Positions 25,309 to 38,544 of a DNA stretch of 64,000 bases are shown one piece after another; position 1 is the stretch's first letter; every line of letters begins with the position of its first letter. The DNA lies in the NCBI GenBank assembly GCA_001643675.2, contig LSRY02000013.1, positions 434,001-498,000 of the forward strand, read 5' to 3'. A program made the position numbers and the translations under genes. The DNA is from Monocercomonoides exilis PA203. Lineage: Eukaryota > Protista > Preaxostyla. Under the pieces are notes generated by a model, which was given only the letters and a program-made list of their open reading frames with translations, was not told the DNA's origin and searched no databases.

Positions 25309-26372
25309 TCCATAATCAATTGAATCACATAGAAATGTGTTTGCCCTTCATTGCCTTTCATTCGATCCATGCACGCTGCTCATAATGATTGTGTAACTCT
25401 GATGGACGGTTATAAATCCAATAAGATTTGTATCATTTGGTAAATAACAGGAATCTCTTCCATCTATCGCATTATGGAAAGTCTAACATTCCTCTCGAAG
25501 ATCAAACAGAAATTGACTCTCACTTATCAGTGATTAAAGGTTGTAGCAGTTTCCAAAAAAATCATTCCCACCTTTAAAAAGATTATTCTGAATTCATTGA
25601 ATCAGATGTAAATTTTAATTTCATCATTTCATTTGTTGCAAAATGCACTCCATCTCTTATTTCTTTGATGAAAAAGTTTTATCTATAGGTTTCTTCTAGC
25701 ATTTGATAATCCGCGTTGATTCAGTTAAAAACATATGATTTACTTAACATTTAGTAAAAATAATCTTTAATAAATAAAAAGAAAACGATAATCACACTTC
25801 GTGAGCCTCATCAGTATTTCTTTGTTCAAGATCATCATGGAAAAATACAAACATCCTCAAACTGCACAAAAATAATCATCTCAAAATCACATACAAAATT
25901 CATAAAGATTTGAATGATATATTGATAATTATTTATCACACACTTTAAAACTATGTTTATATATATGATTCGTTATATGTTCGCAAACGAGGGTTCAATT
26001 CGCGATGAAAGAAACTAATTTCTTATTTTTTGGATATTAAAAATATAATTGTGGGATTGATCAAAATATTTTAGTTTTTAAATTTATTATTTTTTAATGT
26101 TTTATTTTTCAAATTTTTATTATTAATATTGGACAACATAATCATTAATGACATTATATCATTTTATTTATTCAAAATTATCTTATTTTATTTATTTTCT
26201 GAAAAAATACTCATATTTATGGGTCATTTTTAAAAATGGTTTTTTCATGAGAAACAAAAATTTTTGCGAAAAACCGGTCCATACAAAAGTTTTTAAATAA
26301 TTTTTGCATTTCAAACATCACAAAATTAATGTCTAAAAACAAGAATTGCAAAAGGGACGCAGTTACACCTAT
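22619..26372 (-). repeat. Right inverted arm of the Merlin element (3754 bp)
   Basis: Reverse complement of 16548-20279. Confidence 0.95.
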
Positions 26373-26383
26373 GCAATGAAAAA

Positions 26384-26467
26384 CAAACAAAAAATGTCGG
26401 TGTATCGAAAAATGTGACTATAAACGAATGTGATTATATTCGACGTGATTATATCCGGTTTTGACTG
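26384..26467. mobile_element. MITE family A: right part of the split copy
   Basis: CAAACAAAAAATGTCGGTG...GTGATTATATCCGGTTTTGACTG followed by TA; matches the last ~85 bp of 29193-29642. Confidence 0.85.
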
Positions 26468-26744
26468 TATTTTCTTTATATTTAATCAAAAAATGAAATA
26501 TCACGAAATGTTGATCCAATGATCACTTCGATCTGAAATGTGCAAATGAAAAATTCTCTTGAAAAAAAATATTCTAAATAAAAAAAAGTTTTTGCAGAGA
26601 CCACTTACGTATATTTGCATCTTTTAAGAAACAGAGACATTTTTCAAGGATGAAAAATTGTGAATTCCTAAAATTCTCAAAGTTTTTCCAATTTTTTCTA
26701 CTGATCAAAAACTTTAAAGTTAATTTATCCATTTATTTTATCAA

Positions 26745-28017
26745 GGGTCAGCTTTTTAATGGGACTTTTTCCTTAATTGGCACTTTTTTTGTTTTTGCTT
26801 GCAAAATTCTGAGAAATGAGAAGTAGTTTTCAGCATTTTAAAAATCCTTTTTAACAAGTTTTATTCTATTTATTTGAAGTTTGTTTTTATGTGGGTGATT
26901 ATTTTTGAAATCATATCTTTTTTCGGTTTGTTGATTTTTCGAAGATTGCTCGTTTTTTGAAAGAAAATTTTAATTCAACAGAGAAAAAGCATGATTGTTG
27001 TTTTTTTAAAAACAAATGGTTTTTCCGAATCAAAGATTAAAATGCATTCAATAAGCCTTTTCACTTTTCTTTTTTTTTTTTTAAATTGATATTCTGGAAA
27101 TATTTTAGCAACGAAATTTCAATATGAAATAACATGATTTCAAAAAGAATCACCCATATTTTTACTTATTACACATTGAGAAATTTCGTTTTTTTGTTAA
27201 ATTTAAAAGGACTTTTTCTAGCCAACTGGGAATCGCTCAAAATATTGGGGACATGTTTTATAAAGCATTTTCTTCGAACTATTAATCATTAAAACCTTTT
27301 TTTTCACAAACATTTTTTTCTTGTTTTTTTCGCATTTCAAATTTTCATCAACATGATAACATAAAACTGTTTATTTCTTTATTAATATAATGAAATGACA
27401 AAAATAAAAATATGATATGAATGACAAGCACTTTTAAAATCAAGTGTTGCGAGAATGAAACACTAATTCTTTGTATTTGTCTTTTACAGACAAATGGCAC
27501 CCGCTACTTTTGATCTTCGATCAAACTTTTGTTACCATGTTCAGCTAAAGACAAATAAAAAAATTTAATGTTTTATTTTTTTCAACACTTCATTATAAAA
27601 GTATTTGTTATTCATATCATATTTTTATTTTTTTCATTCCATTATATTAATAAAGAAATAATCAGTTTTATGTTAGCATGTTGAAAATTTGAAATGTGAA
27701 AAAAACAAGAAAAAAATGTTTGTGAAAAAAAAGATTTTAAAGATTAATAGTTCGAAGCAAATGCTATTTAAAACATGTCCCCAATATTTTGAGCGATTCC
27801 CAGTTGGCTAGAAAAAGTCCTTTTAAATTTAACAAAAAAACGAAATTTCTCGATGTGTAATAAGTTAAAATATAAAAACAAACTTCAAATAAATAGAATA
27901 AAACTTGTTAAAAAGGATTTTTAAAATGCTGAAAACTACTTCTCATTTCTCAGAATTTTGCAAGCAAAAACAAAAAAAGTGCCAATTAAGGAAAAAGTCC
28001 CATTAAAAAGCTGACAC
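26745..28017. mobile_element. Non-coding foldback element with ~430-bp inverted arms; left arm interrupted by MITE B
   Basis: GTCAGCTTTTTAATGGGACTTTTTCC... at 26747 vs ...GGAAAAAGTCCCATTAAAAAGCTGAC at 28015. Arms stay complementary inward to ~27449/27583. Confidence 0.75.
26892..27156. mobile_element. MITE family B (265 bp), TIR TGGGTGATT(A/C)TTTTTGAAATCAT, probable TA target
   Basis: Present in the left arm of the foldback and absent from the right arm, which shows the empty site; clear TIRs. Confidence 0.8.
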
Positions 28018-29192
28018 TATAAAAGATATGGTGAGAAATTTTCATTTTCAGACAAACGTTCCACACACAATATAAGATTTTTCCATATTCTGTTTTAGTC
28101 TAAAAAATTAATTTTTATTTATTTATTTATTTTTTTTTATTTTTTAATTTTCGTTTTTATTTTTTTTTTTTTTTTTTATTTTTGTAATAATTTTTGCCAT
28201 ATCCCAATTCACTTTTATATCAAAAAAATCTTAATAAATGAAAGTCAACCTGTGAGGTCATATCTGAACCAAAATCCTGCAAGTTTTCATGATTTATGAC
28301 AAAATCATAAAAACAGGACGGATATGACCTTGACCTCAATAATTTTTCATATTTCATTGGGTAAGCTTAGAATTTCATTTATTAATTATTTTATTATTTT
28401 TTTTACTGAATTTTTAATCAAAAATATTATTGAAATGAAAAACATTTGAAGATAATGACATACTTGGAGAAATCAATTCTTCTTCAGAGCTGCTAAAATT
28501 TTGTTGAAAAAGAATAGGTGAATTTTCAGAAAAAAACAATAAACCTGAATTGTCTGTTGATGAATTTGAATTAAAAAGATCACTTGAATGACAATTGTGA
28601 TATGAAAAAGAGTTATTTGAATTGGAAGAAAAAGAATTATTACTTGAAGAATTATTGAAACACATGTTTTGTTCATCAATTTTATTATAATCTTTTATCA
28701 AAGATAATCTTTCTTTGATCATTTTTCTCACGCCCTTTCCCATCATTCCTCGATTATCTCCAGCCATGTCAATCTTCGAAGTTCTATTGAAATATTTTCT
28801 TTCATTTTTATCTTCTCTAACACTTTCTGCGAATGATAGTTGAAAGCATCTCGATGTTATCATGCCACTTAAAGGAGATCCATAGAGTTTTCCATTTTCC
28901 TTGAAAAAATGCAAGTATTTTTTCATTCCTTTCACGGACATTTCTCCCCACATGAAACAGTTTCCAGGCTGATGTCTGTATTAACACATTAATTCAAACA
29001 ATTCAAATGAAATCACACACTGAAAATCAGAAATTATGAAAAAAATATGAAGGACAGACTTTTATAAATAATGCTTTATTGAATAATTAATTTTGAAGGA
29101 GTTATCTTCAGATATCGCATTGCTTTGATAATTCTCTCAGAACGGTCATCTTGTTTGTTGAACATGTGAATTTGTTGAACAAGGAAGATATA

Positions 29193-29642
29193 CAGTCAAA
29201 ACCGGATATAATCACATCGGTTTTTGCACAACTTTATGTGACTATATCCGATTGTGATTAAACACGATGCTGTTAAACACATAAATAAATAAAAATTAAT
29301 AAATAAAATAAGTAAATTTGGGTCGATTTTTTTATTTTTGGAAATTCTACACAAATACACTTTTTTCACTTGCTTGAACAATTTTGATCATAAATACACA
29401 TTATTTTGACTTATTTGAGCACATTTTTGAAAAATCAAAAAATTAAAATTTTTGATCAAAAAATCGATTTTTCATTGAAAAAATCACACATTATAATAAA
29501 AAATGTGATTATACATTTTCTTCACTGTGATTATATGCGATGAAAAATGAATGAAAAACAAGCAAAAAATGTCGGTGCATCGAAAAATGTGACTAAAGGC
29601 GAATGTGATTATATTCGACGTGATTATATCCGGTTTAGACTG
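29193..29642 (+). mobile_element. MITE family A, intact (450 bp)
   Basis: TIRs CAGTCAAAACCGGATATAATCAC / GTGATTATATCCGGTTTAGACTG; TA on the left flank. Confidence 0.9.
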
Positions 29643-29699
29643 AATTGTTGAAGAATCATCTTTATCTCCAAATAAATATGAGTTGCATTGGCCACAGAA

Positions 29700-31880
29700 A
29701 AAGTCGATCAAGTCATAAATTGTTGTCAATTCACGATTTCCAAGATGATTATTAAATAAGTTCGTCAGAAATCCGAATTCGCTATCGCACTCATTCTTTC
29801 AGTGGTGTTCTGCAAAAAATGAGTGCGAACATCTTTTCCACGCAAACAACCGTGATGCCGAAGAAAATATGTAATGCATAACACGAGCGTTGCGAAAGTG
29901 AGGTCCATTGTCGCTGAAGAAATGAAAAGAATTCACATTCAAAATAAATCATAACGAAGCAATTTATTCAAACATTCACAAACGAATATATAATCATGCG
30001 TTAAAACATCAGAAAAAAAAAACACATTTTTTTTTAAATAACAATTATCATCAATACTAAATACAATAAAGCACAAATGAGAAATTTGCTTTTTCTCATA
30101 AAAATTTTGTCCAGTTTAGCGATTTGTAATCGGCAAGCTCCAGTTCTCCTTAAAATCCATAAGGATCATAGCTTCACCTCATTTCAGATTGTCTTTCATA
30201 CAGTGAAAATAGTTTCGTTGATTTTCTGTCATTTTTTTGTGCTCTTGTATAAGATTCATCTCATTCTTTTCCGATTCAGATAATTTCATCGATTTCTTTT
30301 CCATTTCAATCTTTTTTCTCTTCAAATACTCTCACTTCTCGCAGATCTCACAAAGATCTGCTCTTCTTTTTGCTTTTCTGAAATTCCTTGTTTTTCGACA
30401 GAAAGTTGAATATGGCATTTTCAGTCCAGTCTCTTGTAATAATTGACGATGCAGCTCTTTCTTCGTTTTTTCAATGATTCGCTTTTCTCCTATTGAGAAA
30501 ATCTTTTCATTTTAAAAACGACTAGAGCTATTGGAACTTCCGTTCTGTGTTCTAGACTCATTCAGTGCTTCTTTATGAATAACAGCGTTTGCATTTGATG
30601 ACGCTTCTTGGCTGGTCTGGCTTTTATCTCCTTTTTTTTCATTTTTCATTGATTTATTTTTTTTGATGTTTGTTTTTTCTTTTTTTGAGGGTTGAAGAGT
30701 TCTTTTTGAAGTCTCAATGAGAAGACAATATGAACAGGTGTAATGATCAGAGATGTTTTCATCTGTCCCATTATGATAATTCGTTTCAGAATCATCTATA
30801 ATAGATGTATTAACAGAATCGATCGCATCACTTGGAGAATTGATGGAGAAGTTGCTTTGTGTAGATATATTTTTCGATGAAGCTATTCAAACACAATACG
30901 TGATGATCAAAAAAACAAACAAACACAAGGATAACATTAAAAGCATTTTCATCATGAATACATTTATGTGAATTAGCTCAAAAAGCCTCTTTTTTTCCTT
31001 CTCCCGTTGCTCGAGCTGCAGGAACTATGACCATTCAGCCAACGTTCAGCAATTTCAAATTGAGAATTATCTGTTTCATCAATATTTTTCAGAAAACACA
31101 TACAAAAAAACAAAAAGCTAATAAACAAACACTGCTTTTTTGCTCCGTTGCTTTTGTTGGAAGTTTTGTTTTCGTGTCTTTTGCTTTTTCGCGTGAGTAA
31201 TAGTATTCTCCGCGAGTTAATTCCCAACCGTTATCTTTGAGTTCTTTTAAAGATATCTCAGAAGATAGCGCCGACAGAAGGGATACACAGTCTTTTTTTG
31301 ACAAAAACTTTGAATATAAAGCAAGGTTCTGAAGTATTTTGTTGAATTTCTCTTCCAACAAAGAAAATATTGCAAACAGCAATTGCCAAAGAAGATAAAA
31401 ATCATTGTTAATTATTCATATGGGGGAAAATACGGACTTTCAAGCTTTTTTTGCTCAAAGCATTGAAAAATTGCTTCACACATAACTTTATTTCACTTTC
31501 TAAGATTTCAAAATAAATTTGATTTTCATGTACGAAAACAGGCATCATTGAAATCGAAACATAAATCATTGTGTCATTTTACTAATTTCAAAAAATCGAC
31601 CAATTTTTATTGTGTCTTTTGAATTCAAAATGTCAATGAAAAGGACGTAATTTTTTAATGAAAATGCCTGAAGGAAAATATTTTTCCCCATATGTTATCA
31701 AAAATTAAACATACCAGCGCAATTAACCTCCAACACTTTCCGGAAGGATTCACCAAATTTGGAGCGGAAAACAAAATATTCAAAACATCCCTTCGGATCC
31801 TCAGGTGATGCATGAAATATCGTATCTGCAATAGTTGATGCAATTCGACTTTTAGCCGCTTTTGATTTGTTATTAAACAT
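29700..31880 (-). pseudogene. Decayed DNA-transposase relic (Sola-like motifs)
   Basis: The minus strand gives FSDVLTHDYIFV...HFFSDNGPHFRN...FFAEHH*KNECDSEFG, resembling the SDxxxHD / SDNxxxFK / FxxxHGKxxCD motif series. Many stops. The superfamily call is tentative. Confidence 0.45.
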
Positions 31881-32271
31881 TTTTATAAATTATCTAATCA
31901 CAGACTAATAATAAACACTATTCAAAAAATTGAGTGTTAGAAAAACGACAAAATGATTAAATCTCATTATATTAAAAATGAACAGAAATATCTTAATGAT
32001 GATAATAAATGGTCAATAATAGATTCGAATGCAAAAATTAAAACAAATGATATTCTTTTGAATTCTTTCTTGCTTCAGCTGAAAACCGATTGAAATCAAT
32101 GTTAATTTCATCGGATTCGATTATCTTTCAGTTAACATTTCTATATTCTTCATGAAGGAGGGAGACATATTTATATTTATTTGCTATGTTTTAACAAGAA
32201 GAACAAGAGATCATTACTGGATAAGTTTTTATCGAAGGAGAAGATATAAAAGCGAATGATAGAAGCAATTA

Positions 32272-32721
32272 CAGTCTAAACCGGATATAATCACGTCGAA
32301 TATAATCACATTCGCCTTTAGTCACATTTTTCGATGCACCGACATTTTTTGCTTGTTTTTCATTCATTTTTCATCGCATATAATCACAGTGAAGAAAATG
32401 TATAATCACATTTTTTATTATAATGTGTGATTTTTTCAATGAAAAATCGATTTTTTGATCAAAAATTTTAATTTTTTGATTTTTCAAAAATGTGCTCAAA
32501 TAAGTCAAAATAATGTGTATTTATGATCAAAATTGTTCAAGCAAGTGAAAAAAGTGTATTTGTGTAGAATTTCCAAAAATAAAAAAATCGACCCAAATTT
32601 ACTTATTTTATTTATTAATTTTTATTTATTTATGTGTTTAACAGCATCGTGTTTAATCACAATCGGATATAGTCACATAAAGTTGTGCAAAAACCGATGT
32701 GATTATATCCGGTTTTGACTG
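32272..32721 (-). mobile_element. MITE family A, intact (450 bp), inverted copy of 29193-29642
   Basis: Appears to be the exact reverse complement of 29193-29642 (the same 61-aa shadow ORF occurs on opposite strands); TA on both flanks. Confidence 0.9.
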
Positions 32722-33532
32722 TACTTCAACGAGTCCCACAAGCTGGAAGCAATTGTCGCAGACAAAAGAGGAGCAGAAGATCAGGATTTTGCAGAAGGAG
32801 AAGAAAAGAGAAGAGCAATATGAGAGAGAAAGAGAAGTGCGTGATATATGCAACCTCACTCCAATGAAGTCCGCAACGAAACGAACATAAAGAAAGAACA
32901 AATGTGATTTGGAGCTACTGAGGGAGTGGCAAAGAAGCGTTTAAGGAGGAAGAAGGATGGCTCACGGCAACGATATAAGTGGAGTAATTGGATCTCAAAC
33001 TTCCTTGTTGAATTCTTCTTTCAGCTCATTAAATGGTCTGGTTCGGTTTCTGTTTCCGTTCTATTGTATTCTCAACAGGGATTGGTATAGCAGGTGTCGT
33101 GCAACACCAGGAAATTTGGTGCGTTCAATAGCTAAATCCAACAGGAGCAATGAACAAGCAAAGCATCGAAGTTCGTTTGTTTCATTTGAGAATGCAAGAG
33201 CCAAATGAAGGAGGAAGAGGGCATAAATGGAAGATATCGCTGTTGAAAGAGAAGTTTGATGGATTCAATGGACTGCAGGATTTTGATGAATACAATTTGT
33301 TAGAAGAGATGAAGAGTTTTCTTGGCGAGGAAGATGAGGAATGTGAATGAAATAACCATTGGAGGGAGTCAGGTCAGAAGATATTTTTTATATGTCTTTC
33401 AAAAGCAGCTCGACTTACAGAGAATTTGAATAGCACTGAGCTTCTTTTTTCATGAATATATTTCTGTTTCTGCCTCCGCTCAGTGTGAACAAAAATGGAG
33501 AAATTTCTTCTGTTTCTTCTTCTTCAGTTTCT

Positions 33533-33564
<32 letters not shown>

Positions 33565-33822
33565 CTCTTCTTCCTCTTCTTCCTCTTCTTCTTTTGCTTC
33601 TTCTTCGTCTAATACTTATTCTTTTTCTTTTCCAACTTTTTCCACCTGAACGCTTTCCACAGACAAATCTGTGGATGATCCTGAACCAGCGAGCATAAAT
33701 GTTGCCTTACAGTATCTGATGAACACGATCTTAATAACGGAGAGCCAACCAAATATAATTATGGGAATGTGTTTTTGAAACGAAAAATTCAAAATGCTCA
33801 CTCAATTTGCCTTCTATCCTGT

Positions 33823-33854
<32 letters not shown>

Positions 33855-33866
33855 TCTCTTTCTCTT

Positions 33867-33897
<31 letters not shown>

Positions 33898-34025
33898 TTC
33901 TCTCTCTCTTTCTCTCTTTCTCTTTCTCTTTCTCTTTCTCTTTCTCTCTCTCTTTCTCTCTTTCTCTTTCTCTTTCTCTTTCTCTTTCTCTTTCTCTCTC
34001 TCTCTCTCTTTCTTTCTCTTTCTCT
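33823..34025. repeat. (TC)n/(TCTTTC)n compound microsatellite
   Basis: Direct reading. Confidence 0.95.
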
Positions 34026-37000
34026 TTAACCAACTTTAACTGCACCTTCGCTGCCTGCTTCTTCACAGCAAAGCACTCAGGCTTTCAAAGCTGATGTCAT
34101 CATCGAGCAGTTCAAAAAGCAGATGTTGATGAAACACTTGCTCATAAATCCTCGTTGTTCGAACTGATGAATTTGTCTCCACACATTATGCGCATGTGAA
34201 CTCTGCACTCTTCAGCAACAGGGAAGTTCAGCAACACCCACAGTCGCTCCTAGCATCACAAGATTTCGGTGGGCCTTTTGTAATGAAGGAGTTATGTGGA
34301 ACACCTCATTCAGATCTGTCTTTCTAGCATCAGATGCAACATTTCCAGAGGTCTGTGCTTCAGTCTCCATCGTCTCCGCTGCAGAACGAGTCTTAAAATG
34401 GAATGAGCATTGTCTTTGTTGAAACATTCATAACGAAGCACACATAACTAGCTTCTAAGACACTTATTATCTTTCATTTGTCCAATCGTTTTTGCTGAGA
34501 TGGCTCACGAAATCGAAACAAAGGGCAAGATGTGAGGAAAGAAGAAGAAGAAGAAGGAAAACTGCAAAGGAAGTTATTGGAATGGAAGAAGAAGTAGGAG
34601 GAGGATAAGGAGAAGACGATGATGATGAGTATGATGAATCAGAAATAAGAGAAGGAGAAAAAATAAACATTGAAGGTCGAAGTGAAGAGCGAACAAATGT
34701 TGAAGAATGAGGATAACGTACAGATGGTGGAGCGGTTGTGCAAAGTGGAGAAGAAGGAGAGGAGAAGGAAGAAGAATAAGAAGAATGAAGTGGAGCAGGA
34801 GGAAGTGAAGATGAAGATGAAGAAGGAGTTGAAGGAGTTGAAACAGACAAAATACAAGAATATGAGAAAAAGACGAAAAATGATAAAATAGTGATAGAGG
34901 AGAAGAAGAAGTGGTAAAAAATGGTAAAGAAGAATGGAAAGACGAAGACGATGGTGAAGACGAAGGAGAAGGAGAAGGATAATTCGATATAAGTTCCGAA
35001 GAAAAAACAGACTGCCTGAGAATTGAAGAAGAAGGATAATCAAACTGAAGAGAAGCAGATGAAATGGATTACACTGAGAAGTTTTCTGTATTAAATAGTT
35101 TGTTTTTCTTTTCCGTCTCAAATGAAATTGTCCATTTATTTTTCTCTTTAACAGCCCCAGACTTTTTCTTCGTGTTGATCATCTTGATTTCCGTGCTTCT
35201 TCTCCATCTTCATCAGAATGCAGGCAAGACGCAAGTTCTCTGCCATTACTTTATCTGTGCTTCTTCCGCGTGCTCCTCTGCGCCTTTTCGGCTATTCTGA
35301 AGTCAGTCTCAGTGTATTTGTCCAAAACAGACGCCTCTCTGTCACAACAATCCCTTTCCATTCTGCTCCAGCAGCTCTTCTTCTTCTTCACATAGATGCT
35401 TGATCTTCTGCCTGCCAAGCAGAAGAAAGCCATCCAATTCGTCCCTCTGTTCGCCTTCCTGCTCGATGTCTGCTTTCTGTCTCCTGTTTGCTCTTGGTTG
35501 CTCCTCCTTGCCAATTACCCTCAGCGCTGTCAAGACTTTCTTTCTCCTTTTGTCAAAACAACAGGGATAGTGGACATATGCAGTGAAGTCGCGATATTAT
35601 TTTGCTCCTCTGGATGGTGACGGTGCTTGTCAGGATGAGCTGCCTCCGGTTCCTCGTGAAGCAACCATTGCGTTGTTGACCCCTCTCATTTCTTGTTTGT
35701 ATAATGCCCCATCTCCATCTACGTCTACTTCTCTCTCCATTCTTATGTTTTTGAAAGGAACGAAGCCGACTTCTCTTTTTGCTTCGGATTCATCCTTTAC
35801 CACAATTTCGCTTCCATCTATTCCAATTTCACCAGAAGATGCATTAAATACGATCATTTCGCAGTCATTTTGTGATGTTCTTCTTTCTTCGACAAAAGCA
35901 CACAGCCACGTTGCTTCCCTTTGCTATTTCGCTTTGTCCTGTTTTTATTCCATTCGTCCCGATGTTGTTGAACATAAGTCATATCTTTTGCTTTTGGAGA
36001 TACATTTAACACAGATTGGGGTTGGCTGGATGCTCCTCAAGTCAGAAGAGTTGCTGTGCACACAAAATAGAGAGATGAATGAAAAGTGGATGGAGGTGTA
36101 TTTATCTGTTGTGACATGCACAGTTACACAAGCATATTCATCATCATCTTCCACTCCTCCTCCTCCTTCCTCTTCATCTTCACCTTCACTTTCTTCCTCT
36201 TCTTCTTCTCTTTCTTCTCCTTCTTCTCCTTCTTCTTCTTCCGAAAAGATATCTTCCCCACTGCAAACAGCACAAGCCCATTCAACACTATGAGACATAC
36301 AAGCGCAATTAGCAGCTATATTATTTTGTCGTTTTTCTTATCTGTTTTATGGAGTGAGACATGCTCCAGAAACACATCTAATGGTTGCTCTGAAATTGTA
36401 TGTGAAGAACAAGTGCATTCTGCAAAGGCAGATATCTCAGAGAGAGGGAAAACAGGGAGAAATAAGAGAAGTGACAGGGGAGCAGAAGTGTGCTTGAAGA
36501 GAAGAGACAAAAGCGAAGCAGCAGATGGTGCTTGTGGTCAAAGTGTTGCAGCGGGAGAGGGTAGTGGATTGAATTAGGAGATGTGTTGGCTTTGATGATA
36601 AAATTGTTTATGATGATGATGAGAATGAAAATGAATGAAAATATAAATGAGTATTGAATGAAGTCGTGAAGCTATTTCTTTTTAAAAAAAATTGTTAAAA
36701 AAAACAAAATCAATCAAAAAATAACAAACCTTTTTGTTAAAACCTAAATTTCATTATTCTTCCACTCTTGATGTCTTTTATTTCATCCTTCAACAGCCCA
36801 ATCTTCTTCCATGCTTTTGCGCACTTCATCTTTCCCTCAGCCAAAGAGTGCATCAGTTGCACTTGCAATTTCCCTGTTGAGCTAGTCGTATTTTGCTGAC
36901 ACAACAGCACCCAAGCCATGCAAGGAAACACCACTGCCTTTAAACACGATCATCAAAAAGCAGAAATCTATTGTGCAGAACCTCGCCGACTGCGCAGCGA

Positions 37001-38446
37001 TGCTTGAGATTGAGGCGAAGATGGAAAAGACGATGGAAAATGCAGACTGCTCGATGATAATAAACAAAAGTGAACAACAAACACATAAGATAGAAGAGAG
37101 GGATGGATGTGTTTGAAAGGAGTGAAAAGAATAGGAGAAAAAGGAAGAGGAAAAAAAAAGATAATGATAAAGAAAGAAAGGAAGCTGTTTCCACACAGAT
37201 AGTGATTATTCTTTTTCTTAATAATTTTTCTTGAAAATTTCGAGAATTCAATAAATCCTCATATTATCATGTATTCATCCAATTTTCAGTTTGAGAAAGT
37301 TATTTATCAATATTCAATGACAGTCATATGATGTTACTACTAACGATTAATATAAAATCTCTATATGCAGCATTGAGAATTCTACGAAACTTCTTCTCTT
37401 CTTTATCAAATTTTAAAGTAAAAACAATATTCAAATCACATCTTTCATGAATATTCTCCTGATATTACTTTAAAAAACACATTTGTTTTCAAAAATGAAA
37501 ATAAATTATTATTATGGATTTCGATGCAAATATTTTTTTGCATAATAATGTTGTATGCATTGTGATATGTGTGCAGAATAAGTTTGGAACAAAACATGGT
37601 TTTTTTCACAAATAAAAAAATTTTACCACATATATTTAATTTCATCAAGCATTCACAAAATAATATGAAATATCCAACGGTAATTCATGAAAAGATGTTT
37701 TTCCGTTCAGTAAATCAAATATTTCATAAAAGCTTGTGATGTTATCTTCGTATCCTTCTTCCTCCATCTTTTCAAATATCTCCTTTGTTGATAGAACGCA
37801 GTGAGCAGGATTTGCTCCGAAATAATGAGTTTGATCTTAAATTATGGGTGGTTTGAGTGAAAAACTTCGCCCTCCCCAATGACGTGGAAAAAAGGGCGAG
37901 ATGAAAGAACAAAACAATAACATTAAGAATTAATAATAATAATAAAATAATGCATTGTCCGCTTCACTCCACCACCGACTTCGCCTTTTGCCATGGTCTC
38001 GAAGACCAGAGGGCAGGGGGCATACCCCTCGGAGCTCCCTCCTGCAGGCTGTGCAGGGATCCGGTGAGGCGAAAATTAAAAACGGAGCAGAAAGAAAAAC
38101 CACTCTCGCTTTCGCGAGGCGTGGAAAAGAAAACTGCGTGTATTATGCTCTGCCTCCCACTCTTCTGCTGCATCAGCAGAGCAACCACAATCATCACACA
38201 CTGCATATTAAATATTCAATTCTTCTCTGTAGAAACAATAATAATCTTGTAAAGGAGTAGGATCATGCTTGAACTTTTTATTTGTTTCCATGTTTCTCAA
38301 AAGGTTCTAGGTGCACATTAATACCTTCGGGCGGTTGATCTTTTCCTCTATCCTTCTCTGTCTCGCCCTTTTTTCTCGTCATATTCCTCCAAATATGTTT
38401 CTCTCTTACGCACCCAGCCGCTCTGAGTCTCTCCATCCGCGTTAGT

Positions 38447-38544
38447 ATTATTTCGGAGCAAATCCTGCTCACTGCGTTCTATCAATTCGCAATAGAGCGA
38501 ATATACGAACGCAAGGAGCAGGTTTGCTCCTCAATAATGAGTTT
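38447..38544. other. Internal complementary region (ICR) of the DIRS element
   Basis: Reverse complement of the left terminus joined to the reverse complement of the right terminus at ...TTCTATCAA|TTCGCAATAG... Confidence 0.92.

Larger units (their letters stand above)
16545..26374. mobile_element. Giant Merlin (IS1595/ISXO2-like) DNA transposon, 9830 bp, with ~3.7-kb inverted arms carrying kinase-family cargo
   Basis: Ends GGAATAGGTGTAACTGCGTCCC / GGGACGCAGTTACACCTATGC. Direct repeat AATGAAAAA at 16536-16544 and 26375-26383. Removing the element plus one repeat restores MITE A. Central ISXO2-type transposase. Confidence 0.85.

Noticed and set aside
16548-26372. Inverted arms as a pure assembly or amplification chimera
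   Set aside because: The 9-bp TSD, the precisely split MITE, the unique centre and the 21-bp indel argue for a real structure. Long reads are still needed to confirm.
28250-29170. Minus-strand ORF with a short AGGTCATATC inverted repeat as a Mutator-like remnant
   Set aside because: Motif similarity too weak to support a call.
33452-34094. ERERE/SLSLS ORFs (also 52984-53385)
   Set aside because: Translations of microsatellites.
34200-37250. S/E-rich ORFs of 60-236 aa
   Set aside because: Low complexity, overlapping on both strands, no domain motif.
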